Shown here: positions 62,675 to 64,000 of the stretch, piece by piece
Position numbering within the stretch: position 1 is the first letter of the stretch
Layout of the letters: each line of letters begins with the position of its first letter
Origin: Escherichia coli O127:H6 str. E2348/69
GTDB taxonomy: Bacteria > Pseudomonadota > Gammaproteobacteria > Enterobacterales > Enterobacteriaceae
Assembly: GCF_000026545.1 (NCBI RefSeq)
Contig: NC_011601.1
Length of the DNA stretch: 64,000 nucleotides
Reading direction: 5' to 3' (one strand)
Notes under the pieces: generated by a model
Seen by the model: the letters and a program-made list of their open reading frames with translations, nothing else
Told to the model about the DNA's origin: nothing
Database searches by the model: none
Position numbers and translations under genes: made by a program

Positions 62675-64000
62675 ATGTCTGAAAAGTTACCCGCACCGCG
62701 TGAAGGGCTTTCCGGTAAAGCCATGAGACGTGTCGTTATGGGCAGTTTCGCAGGCGCGTTAATGGAATGGTATGACTTCTTTATTTTTGGCACGGCAGCA
62801 GGACTGGTATTTGCACCGCTGTTTTATCCAGACAGCGATCCTTTTATAGGTCTTATAGCTTCCTTTGCGACCTTTGGTGTCGGTTTTCTGACTCGTCCTT
62901 TAGGTGGCATCGTCTTTGGTCATTTTGGCGATAAAATAGGGCGAAAAATAACGCTTATCTGGACGTTGGCTATTGTCGGTTGCTCCACATTTTTGATTGG
63001 TTTTATTCCGACGCATCAGGAAATTGGGATCTGGGCACCGCTCATATTAATGGTGCTACGTTTAATTCAGGGCTTTGGTCTTGGTGGCGAGTACGGCGGA
63101 GCGGCATTGATGACCATAGAATCAGCGCCCGAATCCCGACGCGGATTTTTAGGTTCACTCCCGCAAACGGCTGCGTCTGTGGGTATTATGCTGGCAACCG
63201 GTATTTTTGCTCTCTGTAACCATTTTCTGACTTCGGAGCAGTTTCTCTCCTGGGGATGGCGCATTCCGTTTTGGCTTTCTGCGGTGATGTTGATCGTTGG
63301 GCTGTTTATCCGCCTGCATACCGAAGAAACGCTGGATTTTCAAAAGCAAAAAACGACGAATAATAAAGAAAAGCCCGTTCCTCCGTTGATTGAATTATTC
63401 AAAAAACATCCACGAAATATTTTATTGGCACTGGGTGCGAGGCTGGCGGAAAGTGTCTCCTCTAATATTATTAACGCCTTTGGTATTGTCTATATTTCCA
63501 GCCAATTAGCATTGTCGCGAGATATTCCCCTGACGGGTATGTTGATTGCCTCGGCGATCGGTATTTTCAGTTGTCCATTGGTTGGATGGTTATCAGATCG
63601 TATAGGTCAAAAAAGTCTGTATTTGTCGGGAGCAGGATTTTGTGTCCTGTTCGCGTTTCCTTTCTTCTTATTACTGGATAGCAAAAGTACGCTCATCATC
63701 TGGTGCAGTATGATCCTCGGCTACAACTTAGGTCCGACGATGATGTTTGCCGTGCAGCCAACACTTTTCACCCGCATGTTCGGTACCAAAGTACGATATA
63801 CCGGCCTTTCTTTTGCTTATCAATTTTCCGCGATTCTTGGCGGACTAAGCCCCCTTATCGCCTCAAGTTTGCTGGCGCTAGGGGGAGGAAAACCGTGGTA
63901 TGTCGCTCTGTTTTTATTTGCTGTCTCAGTTCTTTCCTTTGTTTGCGTCTGGCTGATTGAGCCGACCGATGAACAAGAAACCGCTTCTTACTGCTACATC
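62675..64000 (+). CDS. MFS transporter of the metabolite:H+ symporter (MHS) family, 3' end beyond window
   Basis: My own translation from ATG 62675 (AGGAGAGG Shine-Dalgarno) is open to the window end (442 codons); MHS signature GHFGDKIGRK after TM2; not in the supplied ORF track because no stop codon is reached. Confidence 0.75.
   Translation, partial: MSEKLPAPREGLSGKAMRRVVMGSFAGALMEWYDFFIFGTAAGLVFAPLFYPDSDPFIGLIASFATFGVGFLTRPLGGIVFGHFGDKIGRKITLIWTLAIVGCSTFLIGFIPTHQEIGIWAPLILMVLRLIQGFGLGGEYGGAALMTIESAPESRRGFLGSLPQTAASVGIMLATGIFALCNHFLTSEQFLSWGWRIPFWLSAVMLIVGLFIRLHTEETLDFQKQKTTNNKEKPVPPLIELFKKHPRNILLALGARLAESVSSNIINAFGIVYISSQLALSRDIPLTGMLIASAIGIFSCPLVGWLSDRIGQKSLYLSGAGFCVLFAFPFFLLLDSKSTLIIWCSMILGYNLGPTMMFAVQPTLFTRMFGTKVRYTGLSFAYQFSAILGGLSPLIASSLLALGGGKPWYVALFLFAVSVLSFVCVWLIEPTDEQETASYCYI

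Overview
This window is an Escherichia coli-type chromosomal segment (the PolA, Udp, Tat, Ubi, FadBA, GlnALG and TypA products and the rrn operon are immediately recognisable) with two accessory segments at its ends. The core (about 11.7-56.3 kb) follows the K-12 order ysgA-udp-rmuC-ubiE-ubiJ-ubiB-tatABCD-rfaH-ubiD-fre-fadBA-pepQ-yigZ-trkH-hemG-rrnA(16S, tRNA-Ile, tRNA-Ala, 23S, 5S)-mobBA-yihD-srkA-dsbA-yihF-yihG-polA-spf-engB-csrC-yihI-hemN-glnGLA-typA. The left accessory segment (about 0.6-11.5 kb, continuing past the window start) carries a divergent transketolase, RpiR and LysR regulators, and a seven-gene minus-strand operon: isochorismatase-family hydrolase, DUF2877 (YahE/YlbF-like), FdrA/YahF-like, DUF1116 (YahG/YlbE-like), carbamate kinase-like, GGCT-like protein and NCS1-type permease. 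I read this operon as a candidate carbamoyl-phosphate-yielding ureide catabolic system with no assigned substrate; it is the strongest candidate for an undescribed system here. An intact IS50-like insertion sequence with 8-bp flanking direct repeats splits its DUF1116 gene. The right accessory segment (56.3-64 kb) is a variant of the K-12 sulfoquinovose (yih) locus: yihW/V/U/T-like genes are present, but a Zn-dependent alcohol dehydrogenase and two MFS-superfamily transporters sit where K-12 has yihS/R/Q/P/O. Protein identifications rest on recalled family motifs and synteny, not on database searches; all coordinates were checked by hand against the sequence. No CRISPR array or prophage was seen.
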